Source of the DNA: Candidatus Thalassarchaeum sp.
GTDB taxonomy: Archaea > Thermoplasmatota > Poseidoniia > Poseidoniales > Thalassarchaeaceae
Length of the DNA stretch: 64,000 nt
Direction: 5' to 3'
Assembly (NCBI GenBank): GCA_022449345.1
Contig: JAKURL010000007.1
Location: forward strand, 23,163-87,162
The position numbers were made by a program, and so were the translations under genes. The notes below the pieces were generated by a model. That model worked only from the letters and a program-made list of their open reading frames with translations, had not been told where the DNA came from and searched no databases. This document shows, one piece after another, positions 29,255 to 37,986 of this stretch. The number at the start of each line of letters is the position of its first letter. The stretch's first letter is position 1.

Positions 29255-30919
29255 ATGTCTGAGATTTTCACTACTCTAGCCGTCTTTTGGCTCTGTGCTT
29301 TCGTATTCTATGTTCTAGTCCACAGGGGGCTCTGGATCTTCTCAGACGTAGCACGAACCATGGGGATGTTCATGCTTGAGAAGGCCCTTGGTCCGGGTAT
29401 AGATTTGGTCGAGGGCCGTACAGGTTCTGCGGCACGAGCATGGATAATGCAGTCAGCCCTGTGGTTGATGATTGGTGGGCTGTTTACCTTCGAGGGTATG
29501 TGGCTTGCACATGAGCCGACCGCTCTGCATTCACTCAGCGCTTGGGGATACGACCCTACCGCTGATACCCTAGCCGCCACAGGTAAGGCGGCCACAGCCT
29601 TTGGTGGAATAACCATGGCACTGGTCGGCTGTGGCTTGCATATATTGCCTAATTTATTGGGCACAAGTTTGGCCAGTGAGAGAAATGGGGCATTGGTCTC
29701 TTTCCTCTATTCCGGAGGGGTATTCGTTACTTTGGTTGGCTCACATGATCCATTAATTCTAGGAGTCAAGGTTATGGTAGTAGGAACAGGAATCCACGTT
29801 CTGGCAATGACCGCCGTCGTCATAAATCAATTACTCACCGTAGCCAGCCGAGTCGGCTCGATTCCTATGCCAGCATGGCTAATTTTGTTAGGATTGATGG
29901 CTGAATCATTCAATCTAATCGCTGGCATTTCTACCGGTGCTATCAACGATGGTGATGGCCAGTGGTTGATGTACAGATTACAGGGAAGCGGATTCTTCTT
30001 CCTTTCATTGGCCGGTGTTGTACTATACGCATCTAGTGTGGCCTCTGGCAATGCCCTTTGGTCTCGTACTCTAGTCGGAGCAACACTGCTCGGAGGTTTG
30101 TTCACATTGAATCCATTTGGAGCGAATCATGGAACTCTAGTTGCAGATTTGTTTGGTATCGATGCAGGCGAAATGGGTATGTCATCCAATGACACGGTCA
30201 TTGTTACCTTCCTAATGGCCCTCGCATCTGTACCGGTCATTGCCTTGTCTGCGAACACCATGCTGACCATGAGAGGTGGCAATTCTTCAGGAGCTAATCC
30301 TAGTGGTGCTGGTTTGGTTGAGATTAACTTTGGAGTAATGGCAATGATTCCAGTCTTCATCGGTTCTCTATTCGTTCAAACCGATGCAGTATCCGGAACC
30401 GATGCGATTTCAGGTCTTTCTTGGACGATTGAAGAGATGAGTCGCTGGGCGGTAATGGTGCCACTATCTTTGGGTTCAGTATTGGCTCTCTACCCTTCGA
30501 TTACCGGACGACAATTGGCATCAGCTAGCCGCGCTCGAACTGCCTTTTGGCTAATGTCAGGAGCGGTTTTACTCGGATTGATGCTCAACTTAACTTCCAG
30601 CGCTATCGACATGGCTCTATTAGACGCTGGTGTCGAAGATCCATCGAGCCTATCCCACGAACTTGCTGTAGCGGGCTCGGTAATCTTCTACTTCGCCGTA
30701 GTTGCCATGATTCTCCACTGTCTCAACATGGTTAGCGGTCTGTTCCGCGGAGATATTATCGGAGAGGGTACTGAAGTTGCTTCGAGTATTGAGGCCGACA
30801 CCTACAATCTGGCTTCGGCCACCACAGTCTCACGCATTCTTACCTCTGGTGCAGGTATGGATACAGTGGTAGTGCCAGTAGGCGAATCAGACGAGAAAGG
30901 CTCAGCAACTGATTTGTAA
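29255..30919 (+). CDS. Heme-copper oxidase subunit I (CcoN)-like polytopic membrane protein lacking most metal-ligand histidines
   Basis: About 12 TM; segments LHILPNLLGTSLASER, QWLMYRLQGSGFFFL...ALWSRTL and WTIEEMS...LYPSITGRQLAS...AFWL follow the CcoN pattern, with His positions substituted. Confidence 0.55.
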   Translation: MSEIFTTLAVFWLCAFVFYVLVHRGLWIFSDVARTMGMFMLEKALGPGIDLVEGRTGSAARAWIMQSALWLMIGGLFTFEGMWLAHEPTALHSLSAWGYDPTADTLAATGKAATAFGGITMALVGCGLHILPNLLGTSLASERNGALVSFLYSGGVFVTLVGSHDPLILGVKVMVVGTGIHVLAMTAVVINQLLTVASRVGSIPMPAWLILLGLMAESFNLIAGISTGAINDGDGQWLMYRLQGSGFFFLSLAGVVLYASSVASGNALWSRTLVGATLLGGLFTLNPFGANHGTLVADLFGIDAGEMGMSSNDTVIVTFLMALASVPVIALSANTMLTMRGGNSSGANPSGAGLVEINFGVMAMIPVFIGSLFVQTDAVSGTDAISGLSWTIEEMSRWAVMVPLSLGSVLALYPSITGRQLASASRARTAFWLMSGAVLLGLMLNLTSSAIDMALLDAGVEDPSSLSHELAVAGSVIFYFAVVAMILHCLNMVSGLFRGDIIGEGTEVASSIEADTYNLASATTVSRILTSGAGMDTVVVPVGESDEKGSATDL

Positions 30920-30987
30920 GATAATCAGGGCAAAGCCGCCACCGTCAAGTTGAGGGCTAACCACCCTAGTTGAGTGAAGGGGATGAC

Positions 30988-32274
30988 ATGAGGATAGGGC
31001 TGGTCGGCAAGCCGAATGTCGGTAAATCAACGACATTCTCGGCCCTAACTCAAACACCCGTAGATATAGCAAATTATCCGTTTACAACTATTGAGCCAAA
31101 TGTAGGTGTAGCATGGATCCCTCTTCGGCAACCGTGTGCCTGCTCGGCACTAAGGGCAAAGCGTGAAGCGGCTGGAAGGCTTGAACCAACTACTGATGAT
31201 GATCCTCGAAAGGGTAGCATTTGTTCTCCAAATACTGGATCTTGTGTCGAACACAACCGATTGATTCCTGTAACCATGGTGGATGTTGCGGGATTGGTTC
31301 CAGGCGCTCACGAGGGACGCGGTCGAGGTAACCAATTCCTTTCCGACCTCGCACGATGTGATGCTCTAATCCAAGTCGTAGACGTATCAGGTTCAACCGA
31401 CCTTGAGGGTAATCCGGTTGGAGAAGGGGGTTCCAATCCCGTCGAGGAGCATGAGTTCCTTCTCGGAGAGTTGGATGCTTGGATTCGTGGAATAATCGAA
31501 TCAAGTTGGCAACGAGGAGCCCGTCGTGTTCAATCAGAGGGTGACAAGGCCCTTCTTACGTATGTCTTGGACCAATTGAGTGGTATCGGCGCAGACGAAA
31601 CCCACGTCTCCGTTGGCCTTGCTGCAGTTTCCTCTGAACATCCAGATGCTGGAGTTCCTTGGTCCTGGGGTATCGAGGAGTTGTCGACTCTTGCGAAGAC
31701 GGTCAGAGCAGCTCTGTTCCCCATTTGCGTTGCTGCGAATAAGGCCGATCGAGCAGAGGATGGATCTTGGAAGCAACTCGCAGATTTAGTCACTTCATCT
31801 GGAGGAATACTAGTACCTACCAGTGCAGAGGCCGAACTTGCCCTCAGTAGAGCAAGTGCAGCAGGATTGATTCAACATAGGCCCGGCAGAGAGGGATTCA
31901 CCATCACAGAAGATGGCGAGTCTAAGTTGTCAGAAGCCCAGAGAACGGCTCTTTCCTCAATTGACAAATCACTCTCAAGGTGGTCAGGAGGAGGTCTTGT
32001 TGGTTTGGTCGGAGACATCGTTTTCGATAGACTCGACAGAAGGGTTGCCTATCCAGTACAGGATGAAACTCATTGGGTTGATGGCGAGGGCAATGTCCTA
32101 CCTGATGCTATTCTCATCCCCGAAGAGACCACTGCGAAGGGCTTGGCCTACGCAGTCCACACAGACCTCGGGGACGGATTCATCCGAGCTACAGATGCAC
32201 GTAGTGGACGTGTAATTGGGGCTGATCACGAAGTCCAGAACGGCGACGTGATTCGAATTCACGCCAAGTCGTGA
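30988..32274 (+). CDS. ychF: Obg-family ATPase/GTPase YchF (Ola1), archaeal type
   Basis: GKPNVGKST, ANYPFTTIEPN, DVAGLVPGAHEGRGRGNQFL, ANKAD and C-terminal TGS (VHTDLG). Confidence 0.93.
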   Translation: MRIGLVGKPNVGKSTTFSALTQTPVDIANYPFTTIEPNVGVAWIPLRQPCACSALRAKREAAGRLEPTTDDDPRKGSICSPNTGSCVEHNRLIPVTMVDVAGLVPGAHEGRGRGNQFLSDLARCDALIQVVDVSGSTDLEGNPVGEGGSNPVEEHEFLLGELDAWIRGIIESSWQRGARRVQSEGDKALLTYVLDQLSGIGADETHVSVGLAAVSSEHPDAGVPWSWGIEELSTLAKTVRAALFPICVAANKADRAEDGSWKQLADLVTSSGGILVPTSAEAELALSRASAAGLIQHRPGREGFTITEDGESKLSEAQRTALSSIDKSLSRWSGGGLVGLVGDIVFDRLDRRVAYPVQDETHWVDGEGNVLPDAILIPEETTAKGLAYAVHTDLGDGFIRATDARSGRVIGADHEVQNGDVIRIHAKS

Positions 32275-32410
32275 GTCATTCGTGCAGTCTGGACGAGAGA
32301 AGGGTGAGCTGTCTCTCAGCGTCCGCCCGTTGAAGCGGCTAGCATCCGCATGACTCGATAGCCACCGCTAGACGGTGCTTGCAGGGTGTGTTCTAACTTG
32401 CTTTTGGGCT

Positions 32411-32725
32411 TCAGCCGAAAAGAGATCCGAGGCCTTCGAAGCCAGCGGCATCGTCCTCTTCCTCTTCCTCAGCTGGGGCTTCCTCAGCAGCAGGAGCATC
32501 CTTACCACCGCCGCCACCAGCAGTAGCTGGAGCAGCAGCAACAGGCGCTGCGACGGCAGTAGCCATCGCCTCCCCGATGTCAACATCGCCGAGGGATGTG
32601 ACTAGCGCCTTTACTCGGGCACCGTCGACCTCAACACCAGCAGCGCTCAATACTGAGCTAACGCCGTCTTCATCGATATCCTTCTCTGCGGAGTGCAGAA
32701 GCATTGCAGCATATACATATTCCAT
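32411..32725 (-). CDS. rpl12: 50S ribosomal stalk protein P1/L12
   Basis: [12 protein letters not shown]-terminus, Ala-rich hinge, acidic GLGSLFG C-terminus. Confidence 0.97.
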   Translation of the reverse strand: MEYVYAAMLLHSAEKDIDEDGVSSVLSAAGVEVDGARVKALVTSLGDVDIGEAMATAVAAPVAAAPATAGGGGGKDAPAAEEAPAEEEEEDDAAGFEGLGSLFG

Positions 32726-32743
32726 TTTTCTCACCTATTTTTT

Positions 32744-33769
32744 TCAGCCGAAGAGATCACCGAGTCCATCGAACCCAGCGTCTTCTTCTTCCTCCTCTTC
32801 CTCATCAGCCGAGGTTTCCTCGGCGGATTCTGCTGCATCGGAGGTTGCAGTAGGAGCGCTTGTAGTAGCGCTAGCAGCAGCACCGAGTGCTGCTGCCAAC
32901 TCGTCATCAAGCGCAGAGGAATCTAGCTGGCCAGCTAAGGCCAGTGCGCGCGCGTTAGCACGCGATACGAATAGTGGAATTGTTACATCGTTGGCGATAC
33001 CCGCTTCCACAGCCACAGATGTAGCCTCACCACTCGCCTTAGCAAGTAGGGTTGACATAGTCTGTGAAGAGAACCAGCGAATATTGCAGGCAAGATTGAA
33101 CGCGCCTGAAGTCGCGGTAATGATATCTGAGCGGAATCCATCTGTGTCTAGGTCTAGGGAGTCGGATTCGAATAGGAAACCGTCCTCAATCGCTCCAGTT
33201 AGGATAATTCCAATCTCGATTGGATTGATGTTCAGTTTTGCAAGCATGATTCCGAGGTCAGCAGAAATCTGCTCACCCTTGTTGACGACAGTGGTGGTCT
33301 TCTGAATCGCAACCTTGCCCTTGTCGATTTTTGCAGGGATTCCAACAGCGTTGAACTCACCAACGATTGGACCAGGGCCGAACTCAGTTGGCCCCTTCTC
33401 GATGATGATGTCTATTGGGGCTACTTCGCCTTCCTTTGCAGCACGGCCCTGTTTTGTCTTCTCTAATTCAGAGTATAGTTGGAAGGCGTTCATGGAACTT
33501 GTGTGAACAATCGCTGGCTGTACGGCTCCTTCGAGAAGTGCTTCTAGTTCGTCTATCGGTCGGCCAGATTGCTCCCAAGCAAGGCGCATCAAGGTCTTCT
33601 TTGCCATTGTAATTGACATATTGCTACGCAAATCATGGCGCATGCTGAGCATATTCTTTGCAGGAACTCCACCAATGTCCACAATCCCAAGAACTCCATC
33701 GGAGGTTAGGATTGCAACGAGTTCGCCAACACGGTCACGCTTCCATGAAGCTACCTTTGGCTCAATCAT
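32744..33769 (-). CDS. rpl10: 50S ribosomal protein uL10 (P0)
   Basis: VASWK, GPTEFGPGP, GIPAKIDKGK and acidic GLGDLFG tail. Confidence 0.97.
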   Translation of the reverse strand: MIEPKVASWKRDRVGELVAILTSDGVLGIVDIGGVPAKNMLSMRHDLRSNMSITMAKKTLMRLAWEQSGRPIDELEALLEGAVQPAIVHTSSMNAFQLYSELEKTKQGRAAKEGEVAPIDIIIEKGPTEFGPGPIVGEFNAVGIPAKIDKGKVAIQKTTTVVNKGEQISADLGIMLAKLNINPIEIGIILTGAIEDGFLFESDSLDLDTDGFRSDIITATSGAFNLACNIRWFSSQTMSTLLAKASGEATSVAVEAGIANDVTIPLFVSRANARALALAGQLDSSALDDELAAALGAAASATTSAPTATSDAAESAEETSADEEEEEEEDAGFDGLGDLFG

Positions 33770-34410
33770 TCAATCACCTCGACCTTAATCGAAGGACCCA
33801 TTGAGGTCTTGATGTAGCAAGATCGGATATTTCCAGTTCCACGCTCTAGCTTGCCTGTAACTCGAGTCCAGATTGCCATTGCGTTGTTGGTTAGGTCGTC
33901 GAGACTTTGCTCTCGAGAACCTACTGGGCTGTGGAAAGTCATCTTGTCTCGTGAGCGTACAATCGCTGTGTCCTTCAGACCGGCTGCAACCATTGCAGGG
34001 TCAAGGGTAGGTGGCACTGGACGTGGCATCTTACCACGAGGACCGAGAACAACACCGAGGAATCGACCAACGGTTCCCATGTGAGGAATCTCTGCGAGGA
34101 AGAAATCGACGCTATTTGCCAACTTACGAGCCTGTTGGCGGTTGCCACCTAGGTCCTCGATTGTTGCTGGGTCGATGATATTGATTCCAGCTGCTCTAGC
34201 TTTGGTTGCCATTTCGCCACCGGCGAACATGGCTATCTTGACCGGTTTTCCGCGACCAGCAGGAAGACGAATCTCCTCTTGGATACGGTTTGCAGGATTC
34301 TTCAGGTCAATGTCCTTCAAGTTAAATGAAAACTCGACGGTCTCGATGAACTTACGCTCGGGAGCGCTGTTCAGAGCTTCTTCAATCGCTGTTTGGATAT
34401 TTTCTCTCAT
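33766..34410 (-). CDS. rpl1: 50S ribosomal protein uL1
   Basis: ERKFIETVE, LGPRGKMP and KTSMGP; GAGGTGA SD before ATG 34410. Confidence 0.97.
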   Translation of the reverse strand: MRENIQTAIEEALNSAPERKFIETVEFSFNLKDIDLKNPANRIQEEIRLPAGRGKPVKIAMFAGGEMATKARAAGINIIDPATIEDLGGNRQQARKLANSVDFFLAEIPHMGTVGRFLGVVLGPRGKMPRPVPPTLDPAMVAAGLKDTAIVRSRDKMTFHSPVGSREQSLDDLTNNAMAIWTRVTGKLERGTGNIRSCYIKTSMGPSIKVEVIE

Positions 34411-34422
34411 ATTTCTCACCTC

Positions 34423-34451
34423 TGCGGTCAGCGAGGTTCCCCTCTCCCGCA
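34423..34451 (-). promoter_or_regulatory. uL1-binding autoregulatory mRNA element (23S rRNA mimic)
   Basis: - strand UGCG-GGAG-AGG-GGAA-CCU-CGCUGA-CCGCA: two helices flanking the GGAG/CGCNRA asymmetric loop of known L1 operators, adjacent to the rpl1 SD. Confidence 0.75.
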
Positions 34452-34463
34452 ATTCGTGTTTTA

Positions 34464-34742
34464 TCACTCAAAATGCTCGTCGAATCTCCCTTCTTTCATT
34501 TCTTGTAATGCGGTCTTTGGCTCCATGCCTTCGACCTTAACGCGCATTGCTACGCAGGTCCCCATGACCTCGCGTGAGCGCGCGTATAGTGTTGTACCGG
34601 TCAAGCGGTCCTTTTGTTTCTCAGCAACCTGCTTGACTTGGTCCATGGATAGGTTCTCAGTGGAAGCATCCCAACTTCCATTGCACTTCTTCTGACCTAG
34701 GGTCTGCAGAATCACGTGAGGTGTCTCATTGCGTGCTGACAT
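34464..34742 (-). CDS. rpl11: 50S ribosomal protein uL11, C-terminal rRNA-binding domain only
   Basis: LSMDQVKQVAEKQ...REVMGTCVAMRVKVEG...GRFDE is the uL11 CTD; canonical position between spt5 and rpl1; GGAGG SD 8 nt upstream; only 92 aa. Confidence 0.88.
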   Translation of the reverse strand: MSARNETPHVILQTLGQKKCNGSWDASTENLSMDQVKQVAEKQKDRLTGTTLYARSREVMGTCVAMRVKVEGMEPKTALQEMKEGRFDEHFE

Positions 34743-34828
34743 GCTTGTAACCTCCTACAGAAGTGCCCCGCCGACCTGCTCTCCCTATTTGAGCGTGATG
34801 ACGGACCTCCAATTTCTCCTAATTCTAC

Positions 34829-35728
34829 TCACTCGACGCGCTGAGTTACTCGAACTTGGTCAGCGCGCACGGTCAGAGCGACTGGTACAGCCGCTTCGAA
34901 GAGTTCGACCGTGACCTCTTCCTTTGATTCTGTAACACGGATAACGCGAGCTGCCTGACCCTTGAATGCGCCGCCGCTAATTTCGATGATACAACCTTCC
35001 TCAATGCCGGCAGTTGCCGCCTTAGGCTCAAGATAGGAAAGTGTGTTTTCGAGTGGTGATACTCCTGGAAGTACCTTTCGGCAGTTCTTCAGACGGGTTG
35101 TGGTCATGCCGACCATTCCAATCAATTTCTCGACGTGGTGAAGTGCTGAAGCCTCGACGAAGATATAGCCACGAACGTGGCCCGGAACCAATACTCCGAA
35201 GATCTCCTCTTGAATGGCTTTTAGCGAACCGGTACCGGAAAGTCGAGCGCGAATTTCCTTGGCTACATTCTCTTCCTGACCGATGCTGGTCTTGAGGATG
35301 TAAAGGAAAGCAGCGACGTCACCATACATCGCATCGATTTGTGGAATTGCAAATCGCTCAGCACCGATTCCTTCATTTGATTTTGATTCGTAATTTCCAA
35401 TGTATGCTGGATCGACCCAGCTGTGATTCTTGTAGATGGTTCGAGGGGTGGCTTCATCGCTCTCGGAAATGAACAATAGTGGAGTAACATCGTTTAGACG
35501 GTTTCCAAAAGCAAGACCTCGTGCAGGACCTGAGCGAACGTACTGAAGTGACTCAGCAGGGATTCCTGTGCACTCGGTGACTCTAGTGGTAACCGCATCG
35601 ATATCCTCCGGATCTCCTATACCATATATTCCATCCCAAGCACCGGGAAAATCAGCGACCTCGTCGGCTCGCTGCATGATTAGGACCTTCTCGCCGTGGC
35701 GAATGTAGACTACGTATGCATCGGACAT
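34829..35728 (-). CDS. spt5: Transcription elongation factor Spt5 (NusG) with N-terminal Nudix-like domain
   Basis: C-terminal half has NGN (KTSIGQE...RGYIFVEA) and KOW (IEISGGAFKGQAARV...EEVTVELFE); N-terminal ~135 aa KVLIMQR...FPGAWDGIYG...TECTGI...HSWVDP is Nudix-like. Confidence 0.9.
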   Translation of the reverse strand: MSDAYVVYIRHGEKVLIMQRADEVADFPGAWDGIYGIGDPEDIDAVTTRVTECTGIPAESLQYVRSGPARGLAFGNRLNDVTPLLFISESDEATPRTIYKNHSWVDPAYIGNYESKSNEGIGAERFAIPQIDAMYGDVAAFLYILKTSIGQEENVAKEIRARLSGTGSLKAIQEEIFGVLVPGHVRGYIFVEASALHHVEKLIGMVGMTTTRLKNCRKVLPGVSPLENTLSYLEPKAATAGIEEGCIIEISGGAFKGQAARVIRVTESKEEVTVELFEAAVPVALTVRADQVRVTQRVE

Positions 35729-35738
35729 CTATCTCACC

Positions 35739-36005
35739 TCAGGAGTTGGTTAGCCAATCGAAGAACACAGGTAGTGCGTTATCCATCAACCAAAGCATCA
35801 GGAATCCGATTGCACCCAGAATAAACATCCCAATTCCACAGACGATTACGGTCTGGCGGAATTCTTGCTTGGAAGGTTTTCTGGCCATCTTTAGGATTCG
35901 AGCCATAGAGCCGGTTTGTACTCGGCGTAATCTCTCTTCTATGTCATCCTGTAATTTCTGTGCAGTTTGCTCGATAGGACCAACATCAGAGTTCTCGATA
36001 GCCAT
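35739..36005 (-). CDS. secE: Protein translocase subunit SecE/Sec61-gamma
   Basis: RILKMARKPSKQEF followed by a single TM; canonical position between ftsZ and spt5. Confidence 0.95.
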   Translation of the reverse strand: MAIENSDVGPIEQTAQKLQDDIEERLRRVQTGSMARILKMARKPSKQEFRQTVIVCGIGMFILGAIGFLMLWLMDNALPVFFDWLTNS

Positions 36006-36109
36006 GGCTCTTCCTCAATTGCGACTCGGCGACCGACCATCCCTCTTTAAGCACGACGGGCGAACCCCAAAGGGTTCGAATTGCAATAGTCCAACCGCAT
36101 CGAATAGGT

Positions 36110-37228
36110 TCAGTTGACGAATTCAACAGTTCTAGTTCGTAGGTTTCGCATTTGTGTATGCAGTGCTGCGCCGTGAATCTGCTCGGATTTCACTCCGGTC
36201 AGTACTAGCAGCACTCGGATTTCATCTCCCATCGATTGATCTGTCGTTGCACCCCAAATGATTCGAGCATACGGATTTATTCTATCGCGAATCAACTGGG
36301 CACATTTCTCCGCGTCTCCCAATGACAGAGTCGGTCCTCCAACTACGTTGACAAGAGCGCCTCTAGCATCCGATATATCGATATCCAACAGCGGCGATTC
36401 TAGCGCCTCGTCAGTCGCCTTCTCGGCACAGTCCTCGCCTCTTGCTTCTCCAAGACCGATCATTGCCACGCCTCCGCCATTTTCCATGACTGACCTGAGG
36501 TCTTGGAAGTCGAGATTGACCACTCCTTCCTTGGAAATCATCTCGGAGACTCCGGCAATGGATCTCATGAGTAATTCATCCGCGACTCTGAATGCCGCAT
36601 CCAAAGGCAGATCGCGTACGCCATCAACCTCTAGCAATCTCTCGTTTGGTAGCACGACGACGGTGTCGCAAACTTCGCGCAATCTCTCCAACCCCCATTC
36701 TGCATTCTGTCTGCGAAGAGCACCTTCGGAGAGGAATGGGTAACTTACGACGGCAATCGTCAGGGCACCTTCTGCTTGGGCCAAGCGAGCGATAACATGA
36801 GCAGAACCGGTTCCTGTTCCACCACCCAATCCGGCGGTGATGAAAGCGAGGTCACAATTCTCGACCTCTTTCATGAGAGCCTTCTCAGATTCGAAAGCGG
36901 CTTGCTCCCCCTTCTCTGGGTCGCCGCCTGCACCTCGTCCTCTGGCGCTTCGCCCGATTAGCACCTTGTTGTCGACGCCGACTCTCAGTAGGTGTTGGGC
37001 GTCAGTGTTGATGGCCAGTCCACGGACATATTCGCCATCGAACAGACCCTCCCTTTCCAATCTAGCCACGGTGTTTGAACCGCAGCCACCACAACCGAAT
37101 ACACGGATTCGTGGTTGTAGTGATTTCAGTAGCGTTTTCAGTTCAGGATCAGTCTCCGTCACAACCGGCGCCGCCGGTGATTCTTCCCCATCCTGAAGCT
37201 CCAATACACGGTTGATAAGGTGCTTCAT
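36110..37228 (-). CDS. ftsZ: Cell division protein FtsZ
   Basis: GCGGCGSN, NTDAQHL, GLGGGTGTG tubulin signature, NLDFQD and IIWGA. Confidence 0.97.
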   Translation of the reverse strand: MKHLINRVLELQDGEESPAAPVVTETDPELKTLLKSLQPRIRVFGCGGCGSNTVARLEREGLFDGEYVRGLAINTDAQHLLRVGVDNKVLIGRSARGRGAGGDPEKGEQAAFESEKALMKEVENCDLAFITAGLGGGTGTGSAHVIARLAQAEGALTIAVVSYPFLSEGALRRQNAEWGLERLREVCDTVVVLPNERLLEVDGVRDLPLDAAFRVADELLMRSIAGVSEMISKEGVVNLDFQDLRSVMENGGGVAMIGLGEARGEDCAEKATDEALESPLLDIDISDARGALVNVVGGPTLSLGDAEKCAQLIRDRINPYARIIWGATTDQSMGDEIRVLLVLTGVKSEQIHGAALHTQMRNLRTRTVEFVN

Positions 37229-37305
37229 ACGCAACGCTGGCACTCCAAGCAAGGATAATGCTTGCCGTAGCGATTGGGCCCTTTGGGCCCATTGAGGGCC
37301 CCTGC

Positions 37306-37986
37306 TCAGTTTGCCATAAGTTGCTTTCTAGTTTCTATGAACCGAACTACGAATGTGTATAGTCCACCCCAGAAGGAAACTGCCAGAGCCAACGTCATTC
37401 CATTCAATTCTGCATTACCTAGCAAAGCCCAATGAGCATATTCGTGGAATGAGGATATGTCCAGCCCAGAACCGCCTGAGCTAGCCTGCCAAGCAGCCCA
37501 CAGAAGGCCGCCGAGAGTAACCACCAATCGGTCGGCTCGGCTGAAACCACCGTACAGTCGACCAAGTCCAACAGACTGAGCTTGTGTCCCCATGTATGAG
37601 CCCAGTAGCGTAAGAAGCGCAGCAGCCCAACCCGCCATCGGGTCGACAACGAAAACCGAGTTGTAACCGATGGCGACTACCAATCCAACATCGACCACAC
37701 GATCGATAGTGTGGTCAAGGAAATCTCCGTACGGTCCAGCCGTTCCTTGATGTCGCGCTAGCGCCCCATCTAGAGCATCAAATACACCAGCGATTAGGAC
37801 AAGCACAACCGCTCCAGTAATCATCATCGCTCCTTCGCTATTGCCCTCAGCGACTGCGATTAGGTAAAATGAGACGATTGAGATGGCTAAGGATGTCCAA
37901 GTTAGCACACTAGGATCAAGGTCTCCCATTCTAACGACTAGAGGTTGTACCATCTTTGTCCAGCTGTCGCGCATTTTCTCGAACAT
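37306..37986 (-). CDS. CDP-alcohol phosphatidyltransferase (archaetidylinositol-phosphate synthase-like)
   Basis: DALDGALAR...GDFLDHTIDRVVD signature; multi-TM. Confidence 0.9.
   Translation of the reverse strand: MFEKMRDSWTKMVQPLVVRMGDLDPSVLTWTSLAISIVSFYLIAVAEGNSEGAMMITGAVVLVLIAGVFDALDGALARHQGTAGPYGDFLDHTIDRVVDVGLVVAIGYNSVFVVDPMAGWAAALLTLLGSYMGTQAQSVGLGRLYGGFSRADRLVVTLGGLLWAAWQASSGGSGLDISSFHEYAHWALLGNAELNGMTLALAVSFWGGLYTFVVRFIETRKQLMAN

Noticed and set aside
32577-33305. 242-aa Ser-rich + strand ORF
   Set aside because: Antisense to rpl10/rpl12; the poly-Ser mirrors their poly-Glu codons
34743-34828. Frameshifted or pseudogenised uL11 N-terminal domain
   Set aside because: Only 86 bp, with no recognisable uL11 NTD (PPxGPxLG-type) remnant; a proper SD precedes the short ORF
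37276-37301. GGGCCC-rich inverted repeat between the CDP-alcohol transferase gene and ftsZ
   Set aside because: Short, low-complexity palindromes with no U-tract or second copy; function cannot be supported
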